A DNA stretch of 64,000 nucleotides from the human T2T-CHM13v2.0 reference genome, Homo sapiens (GCF_009914755.1 NC_060930.1); one strand, 5' to 3'; shown: positions 35,356 through 54,753, numbered from the stretch's first letter. Notes: generated by a model not told the origin, from the letters alone. Numbers and translations are program-made.

Positions 35356-38300
35356 CCTTTCTCTACTATTTGATCTTTTAGCCATGTGCATCCAATACTT
35401 TATTAAAATTTTAAATATTAAAATATTAAAATTTTAATATTAAAGTGTAAATGAGTTAATTCAGTAATCTGCAGAGTCTCTGCCTGTGGAAAGTTATAGG
35501 CTAAATAGGATCAAAAGTCCCTTTTTCACTTACTTGGGGTACCACGGAGTATCCACAGAAAAGTTTATTATAAGATCCAGACATGGTTAGTACAACATAG
35601 AAAATATTTTGTCATTGCCCTTACATTCAGTGATATCAGCTTATGGAAAGTAATTCTACTTAATTATATTCACTGCTGAAGACAAGATTTATGTTATTTG
35701 AAAACACATTATGATACATTAATTTGGAAAAAAATACCTACAATTATAGTGTAGAAGGAACAGAGACAAAAAGACATGGCAGCATTATTGCCATTAAGAT
35801 GGATAAATTAGAGGTAAAGAGGTGATTTCTGGGTAATTTAGTTTCTTTTGTCACTGAATGTCTGTTTAAAGGGTAGTTGATAAATTAGTGAATATTTAGG
35901 CATTAGTGATTATCCATGGTTAAGATACTTCCCTCTTGGGAGTACTTCTATGGGATATGTAGAAAATGCTTTTAATTTAAATACACTCTCTAAGAGTAAA
36001 TCTTATGGCATATAAACTCCAGGCTTAATTGGGATATATCAAAATTTCATCTATTTTTCCAATTTTTTCAAATAATACCACAGAGATGACCAAATACTCC
36101 AACCACACATGAGAACTAAGTTTCAGGGACAAGCATAGACGATCTGAAGTAGAAGAGCTGAAGGAACCTGGAATACAGCAGTTTGAAGGCTGTTATAAAC
36201 ATAGCATGTGATTTGAAAATTCAACCAGCAAAGAAAAGCTATAAACTTCACATGAAATCTGACTTGCTTCTGGACTCCGCAGCCCATTATAATGCTTGTC
36301 AGCTCTATTTAAATAGCTCCTCTCAAGTTGACTTTTAGGCTTTTTTTAAGTGTTGATATTGAAGATTTCTGAAGCAAAGCAAAAACAAAACTGGTGTTAC
36401 TGATATCCAACTGTGTCATCTGTAAAAGTGAAGAAAATAGTATACTTTCTTCCTTTCTCTTGCTTTCATTTTTTTTCTAAAATAACCCCCCTCCCCCCAT
36501 GAATCACTTATTTTTTCAGTTGACAAAGTCTAAAATTCTGCTTCCCACTTTGGGATTGATATTTGAATTCCTTATTGCATCTCAAACCTGTGAATTGTTT
36601 CAGGAATTATTTCCATGTCTTTGTTATATGTTCTTTCAGAGAAAACGAATCACAACACAGTAGCTGGTAACAATTAATAGTACAATATTAGAAAGCTCTT
36701 CATCTCAAAGGAGGGCAGAGTGTTGGCAAAGACTATTATGCAAATAATTGCCTCTTCTCTGAAAAATATCACCTTCTGCACACTAGGAAATCAGCATCCA
36801 TCACACCATGACAAAAAGTAGAGCCTCTTTCCTCATCACCAGCACGGCTGAAGCATGAAGTTTAAAACACAGAAATTTCTGAAAGCAGAGGTTTAAAACC
36901 TGTTGAAGTTTCACAGCACTTTAGATAATTAACGGCCACCTACATTTACTCTGCTTGTTTATTTTATGGCTCAGAAATGTAGTAGTTCTCAGAAAACTGC
37001 CTTTGTGTACATACTGAGAATCATCAGTGTGTATATATCTAAGTCCTGATCCCACAAAGAGTAAAGCAAATATTACATTATGGATTTTCGTGAGGATGAT
37101 GACTCAGTTGGGTGCTTTAACTTAATAAGGTAGCTCATGAAAACTACCTATTGTAGAAGTGCCCTGGTCTCAGAAGCAGGAACCTGCAGTCCCACAGGGC
37201 AGCTTTGCAGGAGCTCAGAGGCTGTGCCCTACAGGAGTTGTGCAATATGGAGGTACGTGTTCTTGTTAAAGGAATGCTACAAATTAATGATTCAAAGTCA
37301 CTTCATCTCTTAGGGCTTCACTTTACTCCTCTCTAAAATGGAAGATTTGCCTTTGGTAATCTTTAAAGAACTTTCTGACTATATAAATCCATGCTTTCCA
37401 AAAATCATTCTCAGATGATTAGTCTCTGAGTCAAAAAATCGACCTGTTCTGAATCACGCTAATATTTATTTAAAAGCCATAATATATAACCAAGAATCTC
37501 ATAAAGCAAAAATAATAATAAGGTATTGAAGAAGGTATTTGTCTTTCTGAAAAAAATCAAAAAGAAGAGCTAATATGCATATGATATCCTAAAATAGGAT
37601 TAAACCAACAATTTTTGCTACCTCCACAGATTAGGCAAATAAAATAAAAGTTTTTCACTCTTTCCATTAAAACTGCTTGCATTTAATTATATTCTATTCA
37701 TGAAAGAAAAGTAATCTCATATGCTATGAGGCCACAGTTGTTTATTCTCCTGTGGATTAACCCTCATTTCACTCCTGAAAAAAGAAAAATGGGTTCCTAC
37801 TTTCTGAATATAAAGTGGATTTTTAACCAAATGAGATTAAAATATGAAAAGTGATTTATCTTTGTTCTTCTCATTCACGTTAAAATAGCCTGCCACTTTG
37901 TCACCTTGCGTCAACCTGTCGAATTTAGTTACTGGCCTCATTTTACCTTTAGCTACTGTCTGTCCAGTCAGAGAAACACCTTTTAATTTCCTTAGATGGC
38001 CTTAAATATAGGTTTAATCTCCTCTCTTTCTCTTTTCTGCCATCGCAGTTGTCTAAGCTGTCATCTCTGAGTTATTCTTTGCTAGATAAATGTTTTTCAA
38101 AAATAAAAACTAATTTTTATTTTTATCATTGCCGCCACTTGCCCCTCTCAATGGCTTTTTAGTATTTAGACTGAGGATCTATAAGGTTTTGCATAATCTA
38201 GACCTCTCTTGATGATTACCTCAATGCTAAGCTCTAGTGACACTGGCTTCTTTCAGGTCCTTGACAAAAACCATGCTTTCTCACCAAGAAGTCCATTCCA

Positions 38301-38511
38301 TAGGTGTAGGATGACACACCCACTCACTTTTAATCTTATTAAACCCTATTCTACTTTTATACTCTAACACCACACCATATCCTCAGGAATATGTTCCCGG
38401 ACAACCTAACTCAATGCTATATCTTCCTTTTCCATAAACAAAAACATACACTTACCTAATACCAACCGCTTATTCTGAAAAGCACTTTCCTTAATTGTAA
38501 TTTTATATGTA

Positions 38512-39156
38512 TAGTCAGTTCTCATTATCCAAGGTAGTTATGGTCTATGAAGTTGCCACCAACACTGAGTTAGTGAATACTGAATAATTGTTCCAAGGAG
38601 AAATACAGGGTTAGTTTCCTGGGAGCCTCTGCTTACATTTTTGTCAATTGATCAATACATAACCTTGTTTTGTGTGTGTTTCTGGATAACACCACCTTAT
38701 TTAATATGTACTGGTGATTAATTGACATTGAGCTCACATTGGTACTGATAACTCATGCCTGAACAAAGCTTACCCAACATATGAATTTTCTCCCTAAGGT
38801 ACAACATGGTCTTCTTGTGCTTAGAAACACTAGATGGGACCTCAGCCCTAGGGTTAGGTGCTGTTTTAAACAACAAAATCACCATAAAAAGCACAAAATG
38901 CAAAACATGTAGCAAAAAATAGGCCACAAAAAGAACACTGGTTTACACAGCGCTGAAACAAGATGCTTACTCAGAGTGTCACCTTGTTTGACATCAGCCT
39001 GGAGTGTGCACAGCAGCCACCAAAATTTTTGCCCCTCTGTACATGCCTGTGAATAATTGCAAAACTGCAGTCAGTATTAATCTTGGGATTATAAATAAAT
39101 TTTAGCACTCAGGCAAATTTGCAAACACAGAATCTGCAAATAAGGAGGATCAACTG
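38512..39156. mobile_element. MER82 (Tigger-family non-autonomous DNA transposon)
   Basis: Degenerate TIRs TAGTCAGTTCTCATTAT / ATAAGGAGGATCAACTG, TA flanks, about 645 bp, sitting in L2-like sequence. Confidence 0.75.
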
Positions 39157-41183
39157 TATTTACATAAGCATGTGTTTAAGGTCTATTTCTCCACTCTACT
39201 GTAAGCTCCATGTAAGCAAGAATCATTTCTCACCACTGTATTCCCAGCACCTGAATGGCACACATAGACACACACACACACAAAACACTTGATTCGTATT
39301 TTCTTTAATAAAGCAGTCCTAGACATCACTATCAAAACAGTGCTTCCCATCCTGAAAATCTTTCACTTGGTTTTCATTCCCCCTCCACTGAAAATTCAAG
39401 TAGTTCGTGTTTTGACTCAAATCCTTCAAACAACCTTTATTCTATTAAAGAATAATACAGCACAACCTAAAAATCCAGTGAGTTGGGAAAGATATGAGAA
39501 TACAATCATAAGGTCATCACTACTACAAAATAAAAAATATTTCAGAAACTTTATGTTCCATCTAGAAAAAGGCTCAGAACAAACGACTTTTCACCTCAAG
39601 TTAATATAAACAACCTTGAATCCAACATCTTGTCTTCCAAATCATATCTGTTGTCTACATCAGAAACCTGTGAGTCAACACTGGCTCTTTCCCACCTAAA
39701 CTTGATGATTGGTTGATCATAAAGAATAATCTACTTATGGATTATTTTGACATTCTGACTTCCCCTACCTACTAAACAGCATCTCTAAGAGAATGTTACT
39801 AATTTTCATTTTGTTAGCCACTCTTCCGATAGACAAACAATGACTCATTAATCAACAAAATACCCCTTCATTCAGCCCTCCCTCCATTCTGCCATCCACA
39901 CCACCTCCAGCACTGCACAACTACTGAGTGTTCTCACTAGGAAATGTGTTTGTCCTCAAATACAAATGTCTGTATCAGACGTGTTGGATGAATTATAACT
40001 TTAGTTTTTAATGTAGTACGTATACTTTCAAGATACATTAGCTAATTAGAGGCTGCTGGAAATTATTAATGGTGAAGTTATCTTTTTGGGTTCCCTGACA
40101 TTTCACATAGAATGCTAGTTTCAAGTTATACTAACAAATTAATACTGTACAATTTATATCATAAATATCTATAACTAAGTTTTTCTTATGAATTTAGGTT
40201 TAATAAATATTTGTAAGTTATTTTTACATGATTTCATTTTTTTTAATTTGGTCTGTGGGAGATGTAATTTTCACATACCTGTAATGTAAAATTATAATTC
40301 CTAGTGCTATTTTATGATCTTAATTCATCTGATACATAGAAATAATAACACCTATTAAGTTTTTTGTCATATATATGTATATACATATGTATCATTAATA
40401 AAGTGATACTTGGAAAATCTGCAATATTATCTATACCATCTCTCATTAAGTAACATTATTAACAATCACTTTTTTTTGTATTTTGAGTATATTAACTTGA
40501 TATTCAACTACTCTTATTAAAATTGTACCTGTCAGTAAAACTAGCCAAATTTAAGATAAATGTTAATATTCAACAGAATGTTTCAGATGTATTTTTACTA
40601 TAATTAACACTAAAATAATTTCCTTTTTATAACTCACCATGTATGTAGTTTTTATTGTGGAATAATTAAAGTATCTGTCTAGTCACTGGAAATTAGACTT
40701 TGAAATACAGTTTTAAAAGTTGGAAATAGTGTCCTGAGCTTTGTACATTATGTTATTTTCTTGTATTTCAGAAAGATCACTCTCAATATAACTCTGTGAA
40801 TGCTTGCAGCTGCACACTTTTGAAAGATCACATAAAAGTACATTTGAATGTGTAATCATTCTTGCATATGTCAGTATTTTACTTGAAATCTCAACCAAGA
40901 AAGGATAAAGCCTTGATAATCACATATAGCATGAGAGAGAAAACCATGTATTTCTACTACACATCATATCATAAAGAGAATGGGCGTGGATTGAATGCTA
41001 ATGACATTGGGACTTCTTTTGAAAGCCCATAACAGATCAACCAGGTTCTATAAGTTCTTCTGTAGGAGAACTCCATTTCTAGATAAATACTTCTCCTAGT
41101 TTTTACCTGTAACTTGGTATTTCTAATTTTATTTAGAATTTGGGTAATTTAAACATATTTAAACAGTACGACTATGTTAAAAA

Positions 41184-41800
41184 ATTTGTATCCATTCATC
41201 TGTTGATGAATAACAGGTTGATTCCATATTATGGCTATTGTGAATACTACTGAAATGAACATGAGAGTACAGACGTGACTTCAACAAACTGACTTCAAGT
41301 GGTATATACAGGCAGTGAAATACTATTCAGCCTTAAAGAAGGATATTTTGTCATTTGTGACAATACAAATGGAACTGGAGAACCTGAGGCTAAGTGAAAT
41401 AAGCTAGATACAGAAAAATAAATAACACATGTTCTCACTTAATATATGGAATCTGAAATGATTCAAGTCATAGAAACAGAGGAGTAGAGTGACTGTTACA
41501 GAGGATGGAGGATTTGAGCAGGGGGGTGATGGTTGATGAACACAAAATTTCAGACAGGAGGAAAAAATATATGCATATATATATAGTTCTATTGCACAGC
41601 ATGGTGAATATAGGTTAATAATAATTAAATATATTTCAAAATTGTTAGGAAAGTACATTTCAAATGTTCTCATCACAAATATTAAATATTTAAGGTGATG
41701 TATATGTTAACTAGTTTGATTTACTTACTCCACATTCTATTTATAAACCAAAACATCACTTTGTACATCATACATTTATATAAAGTGTCAATTTATAATT
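41184..41800 (+). mobile_element. L1MA 3' end with inverted 5' segment
   Basis: 41184-41298 is antisense L1 (ATCCATTCATCTGTTGATG...). From 41299 it is sense (GTGGTATATACA...ATACTATTCAGCC...GGTGATGTATATGTTAA). Confidence 0.8.
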
Positions 41801-42947
41801 CAACAGAAAATTTTCTAACAATAGGCTGAATAGCAAAATGAACTAAAATTAAATATAAACATAATGTTGGCTCTTAAAATGTCTAAAAGTAGAAAAAATA
41901 GTAATAGTTTTTAAAGTAAAACAAAAATAAATTGTTAACAGGTGAGCAAATTCTTAAGTAGGTTCTTGCATGCAATCTTTTTTAAATTTTACTAAATGAT
42001 TAGAGAATAGAAAACTTTGACTTGGAAAATATAGTCAATTTTTTATAACCATTGTAAACATTCCATACTTTCTGGGGCTGAATGAGATAATACATTTTTA
42101 GTATCAATAATTGGTGTCACAGATATTAACAAAATAGCTCACTAATAATGGCTTTCTGTAAAGACACGTGCACATTTTAACTTTATATTCTAGGTACAAT
42201 GTTTTTACTTAGTATTATTTTATTGCTCTATACCTATATTTTTTATTAATAAATATAGTAGCATTTGTATAAGGTTGATTATTGGTCTTATTTGTACAAT
42301 TAAATAGCTCAGTCTGCAGAGTTTCTTAAATTGTTGCATTTCTCAAAAACTTTCTTGTAATTTAGCATATTTTCCCAAATGTCATTCATTTTACAGGTAG
42401 GCAAAATTAAATATGTATACAACCACACGCTAAAATTTGTCATCTTAGTGACCGTTTATGTGTTATTAGACATGGTATATCATCTTACTTACAAAATGCA
42501 TAATTTTAAAAATTTGATATTTGTTAATATATTACTTTCAACTACCCGAAGCGATACTAATTTTTCTTTTTTCCCACAAAATTAAAACAATATGCTCAAC
42601 ATAATTTGTTAGTTAATATTTTTCCCATCAGAACTCCATAGCTAATGATCTACTTGATCTTTTTGGTATTGAACTTTAAAAAGAACAAGTCATGTTCCGT
42701 AATTATTTTTATTTTTAAAAATATTTCAGCTCATGATGTTACATGAGCTGAAATACTTATGTTACAATTCCAAATGATAATATCAGTTGTTTATATGGGT
42801 TAGAAATTGGTTTTATATTTTACTTTTGATTATTATTTGTTAGTATTTAGTAGCAACATTTATCAATATCTTGTCAGTTCAGTGTCATGACTATTTGTTA
42901 ATAACATCTTTTATTTTTTCTATTTTCTTTACATTTAAAATATTCTA

Positions 42948-43244
42948 AGCCAGGTGCAGTGGCTCACGCCTGTAATCCCAGCACTTTGGGAGGCCGAGGA
43001 GGGTGGATCACGAGATCAGGAGTTCGAGACCAGCCTGACCCATGGTGAAACCCCGTCCCGTCTCTACTAAAAATACAGAAAAATTAGCCTGGCATGGCGG
43101 TGTACACCTGTAATCCCAGCTACTAAGGAGGCTGAGGCAAGAGAATCTCTTGAACCCGGGAGGTGGAGGTTGCAGTGAGCTGAGATCGGCCATTACACTC
43201 CCGCCTGGGCGACAGAGCGAGACTCCGTCAAAAAAAAAAAAAAA
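42948..43244 (+). mobile_element. AluSg-like
   Basis: Full Alu with GGATCACGAG junction and an A-tail. Confidence 0.93.
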
Positions 43245-43534
43245 ATCCTAAATTCCCTTCTCACATCACAGACCTGACATTTGTAATGTTAATTCCATTC
43301 CTTACTTCCTTACTGCTTTTAATGGAGATTATTTCACTATGTTAATAGTAAAATGGAGTTACTATGTTAACTCTACTTTTCTCCAATTTTATTCAAGTGG
43401 TTATATATTTTTACTTTGGTCTCATTTCATAACTTTTTTTTCACAGTATCTATGCTTTTTTAAGAGAAGAAAATATTTGTGTCAAGCTAGCTTCTCTCCT
43501 CTCTAGCAGATCTCATAAAGAATTATACTTTTCA

Positions 43535-43869
<335 letters not shown>

Positions 43870-44986
43870 TTATGTTGCAAATTTTTATGGGCCACACTTT
43901 GGCTTTGTATATTAAGTGAATTAATTTGTATAAGCAGAAATCTGAACAATCTAAATAATTGCTTACAAAATAGTAGATTTTTATGTTAATCGTCTTGCCA
44001 TTTCTGCAGCAACTATTAAAATCTTACATGATCTAAACTCAATAGTTTGAATGTCATAAATGTCTTCCATCAAGTCAATGCACCAGTACTCCTGGAAGAG
44101 TTGAAAGATATCTGGAGCCATTGCTTTCTCCCCCGCCAAGATTTGAAACGGCACATTTCCTGTGTGGCTATGGGCTCATTTAGCCTTTATTCTCTTGCTA
44201 GGTTCGTATTGTGGGCTGTGCATTACCCTAGCCACACACTTTGAGAAAGATAATGCCTGCCAGGTAACGGAAAATCCATCTTCTCAAAAATAAGTCTGGC
44301 CAAATTTTATGCTTTTTATTCTGCTGTAACTTATATGAAAATCCTGCTTCTGCCATTTTGTTTTTAATAATACATTTTATCTGTCTCAGTTACCACACGA
44401 AAAAAGCTACTACATTTTTTTGCAGGTGATTTTTAAAAATTCAGCAGCTGTCTATTAAGTAGACCTTAAGAAAAAATACCATTTTAAAAACTATCTTTTA
44501 CCATGTATTCTTATAACTATTAAAATTGATGTTAATGTCTATTATAATATTATCTAATGCTATATAATGAGAACCCATCTATGCTTTTCTGAAAATATCC
44601 TGGCTTACAGATCTATCCAGCTTGAATTTTACTAATATAACTCCAATCATCATTCATTTTTGGTGTATAAATAAAAAAAGCACAACACAGCTAAATGGTT
44701 TTAAATGTATATTTAATCCCTATGGCCTCATTATACTTGATACCTTGTACCAAGGTAAGTAAATACAAGTATGGAAGAATAAATAAGTTAACAGATGAAT
44801 GGATGGATGAATAGATAATACATAACTCTGTTAAAGCGTATTTAAAAACACCTAACTTATTGACAGATTGTTTGAAGCAATAAGCTTAGATTATTCTGTA
44901 ACTTATAACATCTGATAAATTTACATTTTTTGCATAGTGCTCATATAACGAGAGGTATTCTATCTGTAACTAAATAAAAACAGTAA

Positions 44987-45292
<306 letters not shown>

Positions 45293-47021
45293 TAAACATG
45301 TGCATATTTGTTGTAAGTGTTTGACATTTTCTGGCTATGTTTTTCTATTAAAGATCTTCCTTGAAAAAAAGTTTCAAAAATGGTTTTTTAAACTCCAACT
45401 TTTAAAATAAAAATGACATGTAATGGTAACTTTCAAAGTTATTGTTGATATGTGATATATTTTACAAAACTGAGAAATATATGTTAAATTTTAAAACATC
45501 AAATAAACACTTTGAGGATTGTGTTTAAATCTGTATTATTTTCTGCTACATTTTGTGGCTTAATTCTGTGAAGTTTTACTCTGCAGTTGTATTTTGCGGC
45601 TATTTTGCTACGAATAATTTGTCAATTTTTTCTATTTTCCATGGAATTTAAATTAAAGACAATCAATTTCTCATTTATGAGAACAGGGCAGTATCACCTT
45701 TATATTGTAGTTAAAATAACAAAAGATAGAGAAATCACATCGTTTTCTAAGGAATGGAAAAAAATTGTATCTTTCCTCTCTGGCATTTCTGGATGCTGTT
45801 TTATAATGTTTTTTAGATTTAGTCAGCATTTTTGAAAATTGTACAGATTAGAAATCTCTTAAGAAGTGCCCTGACAGCAAGAAAAGCCATGTTATCTTCT
45901 ATTCATAAAAAAGATCATTTTGGAAAGGTACTTTCCTTCAGTAGCTTTTGGAGGCTTGGGCTTGTTTATATAATGTAGCTGCTAAATAACATTTTCAGAT
46001 AAATTTTAAAAACTACAGAAATGTAAATAAATTGTATAGTGCCAACAAATAGGACTGTTAATAAATGATAGGAAATGTCTTAAATGTACAAATCCAGAAA
46101 TATTACTGGCATATCATAGTGAATTATAAATGCAGAGGTAACCTGGGGGCAGATAGAAAGAGAACAGAATTTGAGAACTACAACATTTATCTTATAATGG
46201 TATACAAAAATCAGGAGAAAAAGTTCCCCAGGTATTGTAGGAACTTATACAACTTATATTAGTATTCTGGAGCATGACCAAATTGGTAGTTCACCGATTA
46301 TTTTGGCCTTTACCTATCATTAGGTTGCCTAGGCGAACACCAAAATTTTTCTGGGTTAGCAAAGCTACCAGGTCATAGGAGGGAAATTCTGACCAATCAC
46401 TTCCATATTATGCCTTTTGAAAATTCTAAACACAGAAATTATGTTAGAATTTGAAGCCAGCAAATTAATTGTGATTGGAAAAGTGTCATTTTCATACCTA
46501 AACCTGTTCATTTTAATCTCTCTTCTCATTTACTCTCATTCAGTTATTTCTCAGTTGCTTAATAATTAAAATAATTATTAAGTATGCATATATCACACTT
46601 ACAAATTAAGAAGTTGGCCTCTTATACATTATCTCAATCTCTGCCAAATGTAGACTTGCCTTCCTCTCACTTTTTTCTTGTTTACAGTTACCTTGCATTT
46701 CATGGAGTATTGGAAGACTCAGTTTCACCCCATTCATCTTTCAAGGATCAGCTCAAATATTATATTTTCTAATACCACAGGCAAAAATCATTGACTATCC
46801 ATCAAGACAGATTCTTGACTGAATTTTTAAAAATACGTTTCTACATGTTTTGAATTAAAAATTAGGACCAGTAACCCATATAAATATACATGTATCTTCA
46901 AAACTTAACATGTGATGTCTTTAATATTGATAAAACTATCTTATCCATGTACATTATCCATGTACATAAGAGTCATAGAAATGAAGACCAAAAATTCCAC
47001 CCAAAGAATAATATTAATTCT

Positions 47022-48087
47022 TGTTGTGGGAAGCGAGGGACCCTGAACAGAGGGAGTGGCTGGAGCCACGGCAGAGGAACATAAATTGTGAAGATTTCAT
47101 GGATATTTACCAGTTCTCAAATAATACTTTCATAATTTCTTATGCCTGTCTTACTTTAATCTCTTAATCCTGTTATCTTTGTAAGCTGAGGATGTATGTC
47201 ACCTCAGGGCCACTATGATAATTGTGTTAACCACACAAATTGATTGTAAAACTTGTGTGTTTGAACAATATGAAATCAGTGCACCTTGAAAAAGAACAGA
47301 ATAACAGTGATTTTCAGGGAACAAAGGAAGACAACCATAAGGTCTGACTGCCTGCAGGGTCGGGCAAAATAGAGCCATATTTTTCTTCTTGCAGAGAACC
47401 TATAAATGGATGTGCAAGTAGGGAAGATATTGCTAAATTCTTTTCAAGGAATATTAATAATTAATACCCTGGGGAAGGAATGCATTCCTGGGGGGAGGTC
47501 TATAAACGGCCACTCTAGGAGTGTCTGTCTTATGCGGTTAAGATAAGGACTGAAATACATCCTGGTCTCCTACAGTACCCTCAGGCTTACTAGGGTGGGG
47601 AAAAACCCCACCCTGGTAAATCTGAGGTCAGACCAGTTCTCAGCTCTCGAACTCTGTTTTCGGTTGTTTAAGATGTTTATCAAGACAATACGTGCACCGC
47701 CGAACATAGACCCTTATCAGTAATTCTGCTTTTGCCCTTTGCCTTGTGATCTTTGTTGGACCCTTATCAGGACTTTCTGATTTTGTCCTTGTCCTGTTTC
47801 CTCAGAAGCATGTGGTCTTTTTTCTCCTTTTTGCCCTTTGAAGCATGTGATCTTGTGACCTACTCCCTGTTCTTGCACCCCCCTCCCCTTTTGAAATCCT
47901 TAATAAAACTTGCTGGTTTTGTGGCTCAGGTGGGTATCATGGTCCTACCAATATGTGATGTCACCCCCGGAGGCCCAGCTGTAAAATTCCTCTCTTTGTA
48001 CTCTTTCTCTGTATTTCTCAGCTGGCCGACACTTATGGAAAATAGAAAGAACCTACGTTGAAATATTGGGGGTGGGTTCCCCTGATA
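47022..48087 (+). mobile_element. MER11 (HERV-K HML-8; MER11C-sized) solo LTR
   Basis: TGTTGTGGGAAG...GGGTTCCCCTGATA, 1066 bp, with a perfect 6-bp TSD AATTCT. Confidence 0.9.
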
Positions 48088-49330
48088 AATTCTTTCTTTC
48101 AGAGCACTAAAAATGTTTTGAGTAAAAAGGGAAGAAAAACAAGCTATCAAAATAAAGTCTCAGTGATATGCCACTTAGTTATGCTGTATAACTTCACATT
48201 AAAATTAAAATCCCACATTTTAAAATTCTCTGTGTTCTTGGGCTGCTTGATATTTGACTTAAAAGCAGTTAATTAAAGAGCAGTAATTTTAAAAAGTAGT
48301 AAATGGGGTTTCAGTTTTGTCTTTGTTCATTTGTATGGGTGCTGGATTGTTGATTAGTTTCTTAATGGGAATCTTTTAACTTAAATGGGAATGTGTAAGA
48401 CAATGAAATTATGTGAAGCCTAGAGCAGCTTAAAAAACTGTCTTGTGCTCTAGTGATGTTATCACTTTATAGTAATATATTAGATTTCTCCCAAGAAGCT
48501 CAAGATCCTTTCAGTATTTCTCCTAATAGTAAAGTAGGGCAGGTGTACAGAGGGGAAATAGAACGTCTATACACCAATAATGGGAAAATTGAAAGAAAAA
48601 ATAAGATACTTTATATCTATGTGAAACAGGATCAGAAACCAGGTCTCCTTTAGCTACTTTGGTACAGAATGAATGGTGCTCACACTTACAATTTTACTAC
48701 CATTTACTTTGGAACACTCCACAGTGTAGAAACGGGCTCAGCATAAATGCTAAATATATCAATACAAATACTTCATGTTATGATGATTATATTTGGTCAT
48801 TTCCCTTGGGATCACGTCCTAAGATGGTTATTTTATAACACTTTAATATAAATGCTTAACCTTTAAAAATCTAGTTCTTTTGGAGAAAATCCCAGATGTG
48901 CATACAATTAGAAGCAACATCAAATATTTTGTGTTGCCAGATCACTAATTAAATTCCTGCACATAACCTTTTTCTTCCTGAAATGCAACATTTACTAAAT
49001 TATTTTATAATTATGCAAACAACGTTTTGTATAGCTTTTGCATTTTAATGAGTTTGGGGGAAACCAATTTAGAATTAAATCAGATTCTGAAAAAAACATG
49101 TGTTGTACTAAAGAGCTGCTGTCTAATTGTAATAACACTCTCTACCTTCCATGAGTCTGTAATTCCTTTGCCATTTAAAACGTCACAAATTTTCTGCTTA
49201 ATTTTTGTTTTACTGCCCTTTTATGGGAAGATGTTTAAATATTTAAATTCACAAAAGACACACAAGAATCTTCCAAAGTGAGGAAAAACAGTTCTCTCTC
49301 CCATAACCTTTTCTTTAATATTACCATTCA

Positions 49331-49573
49331 AACAATGAGAACACTTGGACACAGGGTGGGGAACATCACACACCAGGGCCTGTTGTGGGGTGGGGGGAGT
49401 GGGTAGGGATAGCATTAGGAGATATACCTAATGTAAATGACGAGTTAATGGGTGCAGCACACCAACATGGCACATGTATACATATGTAACAAACCTGCAT
49501 GTTGTGCACATGGACCCTAGAACTTAAAGTATAATAAAAAATAAATAAATAAATAAATAAATAAAATAATAAA
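49331..49573 (+). mobile_element. L1PA (PA4/PA5-like) 5'-truncated 3' end
   Basis: AACAATGAGAACACTTGGACACAGG...CCTAGAACTTAAAGTATAATAAA followed by (TAAA)n. TSD TAATATTACC(A/T)TTCA. Confidence 0.92.
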
Positions 49574-50249
49574 TAATATTACCTTTCAAAAATGTTTCTA
49601 GTGCTCCTAAATTCTATTTGGTTAGATTAGCCTTCAGTACACTCAAAGTCCAGGGATCAAAGTAGGCAAAAATATAATGCCCAACTTTATTTCCTTGATT
49701 TCATCAATAATTTCATCAGACATTATACATAACAGTATTCTATTAATAGGACTAAACATGTATTACTTGTTAAATAAAATGAAATTTATGTAGCAGTGGA
49801 ATAATTATCTTAAAACGTTGGACTTTTAAAATTTGTTAAATATCTTTAGCCCTCTTTTGATTTCCTGTTTTTCAGAATGTAATGAGTATAAATGACCTGT
49901 AGGAAATGACAAACTTATGTCTCAAGGAATCCTATAAATAATCTGAATGAATAGCTCAAGTTGTGGCAAAAATTATGGGAAATATTTGGTATTTTAGCCA
50001 TCTGAGCCTTCGACTAATGACTTTGTACCATGATCTGCTGTAAAGCAGAAAAATATAGAGGAACAGACAAAGAGGAGTCTAAGTTATTATAGGACTAAGA
50101 ATACCAGATAGATACAAGCACATACATATGTAGGTATGTATGTATGTATGTATGTGTATGCACAATCATTGAAGATGTACATCTTTAAAAACATTACTTC
50201 TGAGACTTTTAAGTTTTGGTACAGTTCTTTCATTTTACTTACTTAATAT

Positions 50250-53600
<3,351 letters not shown>

Positions 53601-54436
53601 TGTACATGAAATCCATTGTTTACTTTTCATAAAGGAGATTGTTCTTTCCACGACATGAAAGGGTAGGAAGTTGACAAAAACTAAAGGAAAATGCTTCAGG
53701 AGCTCACCTCTGGGAATTTAGGGATGAATTCTCCTAGAGACAGATCAGCTTCATGGTGACTCATCTTTGGAGTCTACTAAAAGAGTTATGTTGCTTCAAA
53801 GATGAGGCTCATTTTCATAAGGAGCCAAATTCTTAGTAAATCGAAAGAGCGGGATCCTGCTTCTACCTTCAATAGAGATCTTAAGCCACTAGCTGAGTGG
53901 CTTAAGAGCCAGTATGGCTGAATATAGTGCAGAGTGATGAAATTGAGCTTGACGTGATCCTACAATATGTCTTGAAAGCCCTGAGCAGACACCAAAGGTT
54001 AATGGAATTTTTATGAAGAGGGGGATGTACATGCAGCTCCATGAGAGACAGAATATACAGGGATAAATGACACCAACAAAAACACAGTGAATTTAAGGCA
54101 CAACCCCAGTGACTAAAATCAAACAAACAGAAAATCTTTTCTGAAGGACAACAACAATATCATGGTAAATTTTGGGGAAAACAATGAATACCAGCAACAG
54201 GCTAATATAATAATTCCTACTTTCTCCTCTTAGGCATAAATTTAAAAAGAAAATATTATATACAAAATGAAAGTAATTATCTAAGATATAAAAATCAATG
54301 TTATTTGTGCATTGGTGTTTTTAAAATATCAGAACACAAAATAGGCTACACTATAAATTTATTTTCTGTAAAACTATCCGTGAGGTCATAACAGAATTGG
54401 TGATTATAATGGCTAGGTTAATTCAATGTCTATTCA

Positions 54437-54753
<317 letters not shown>

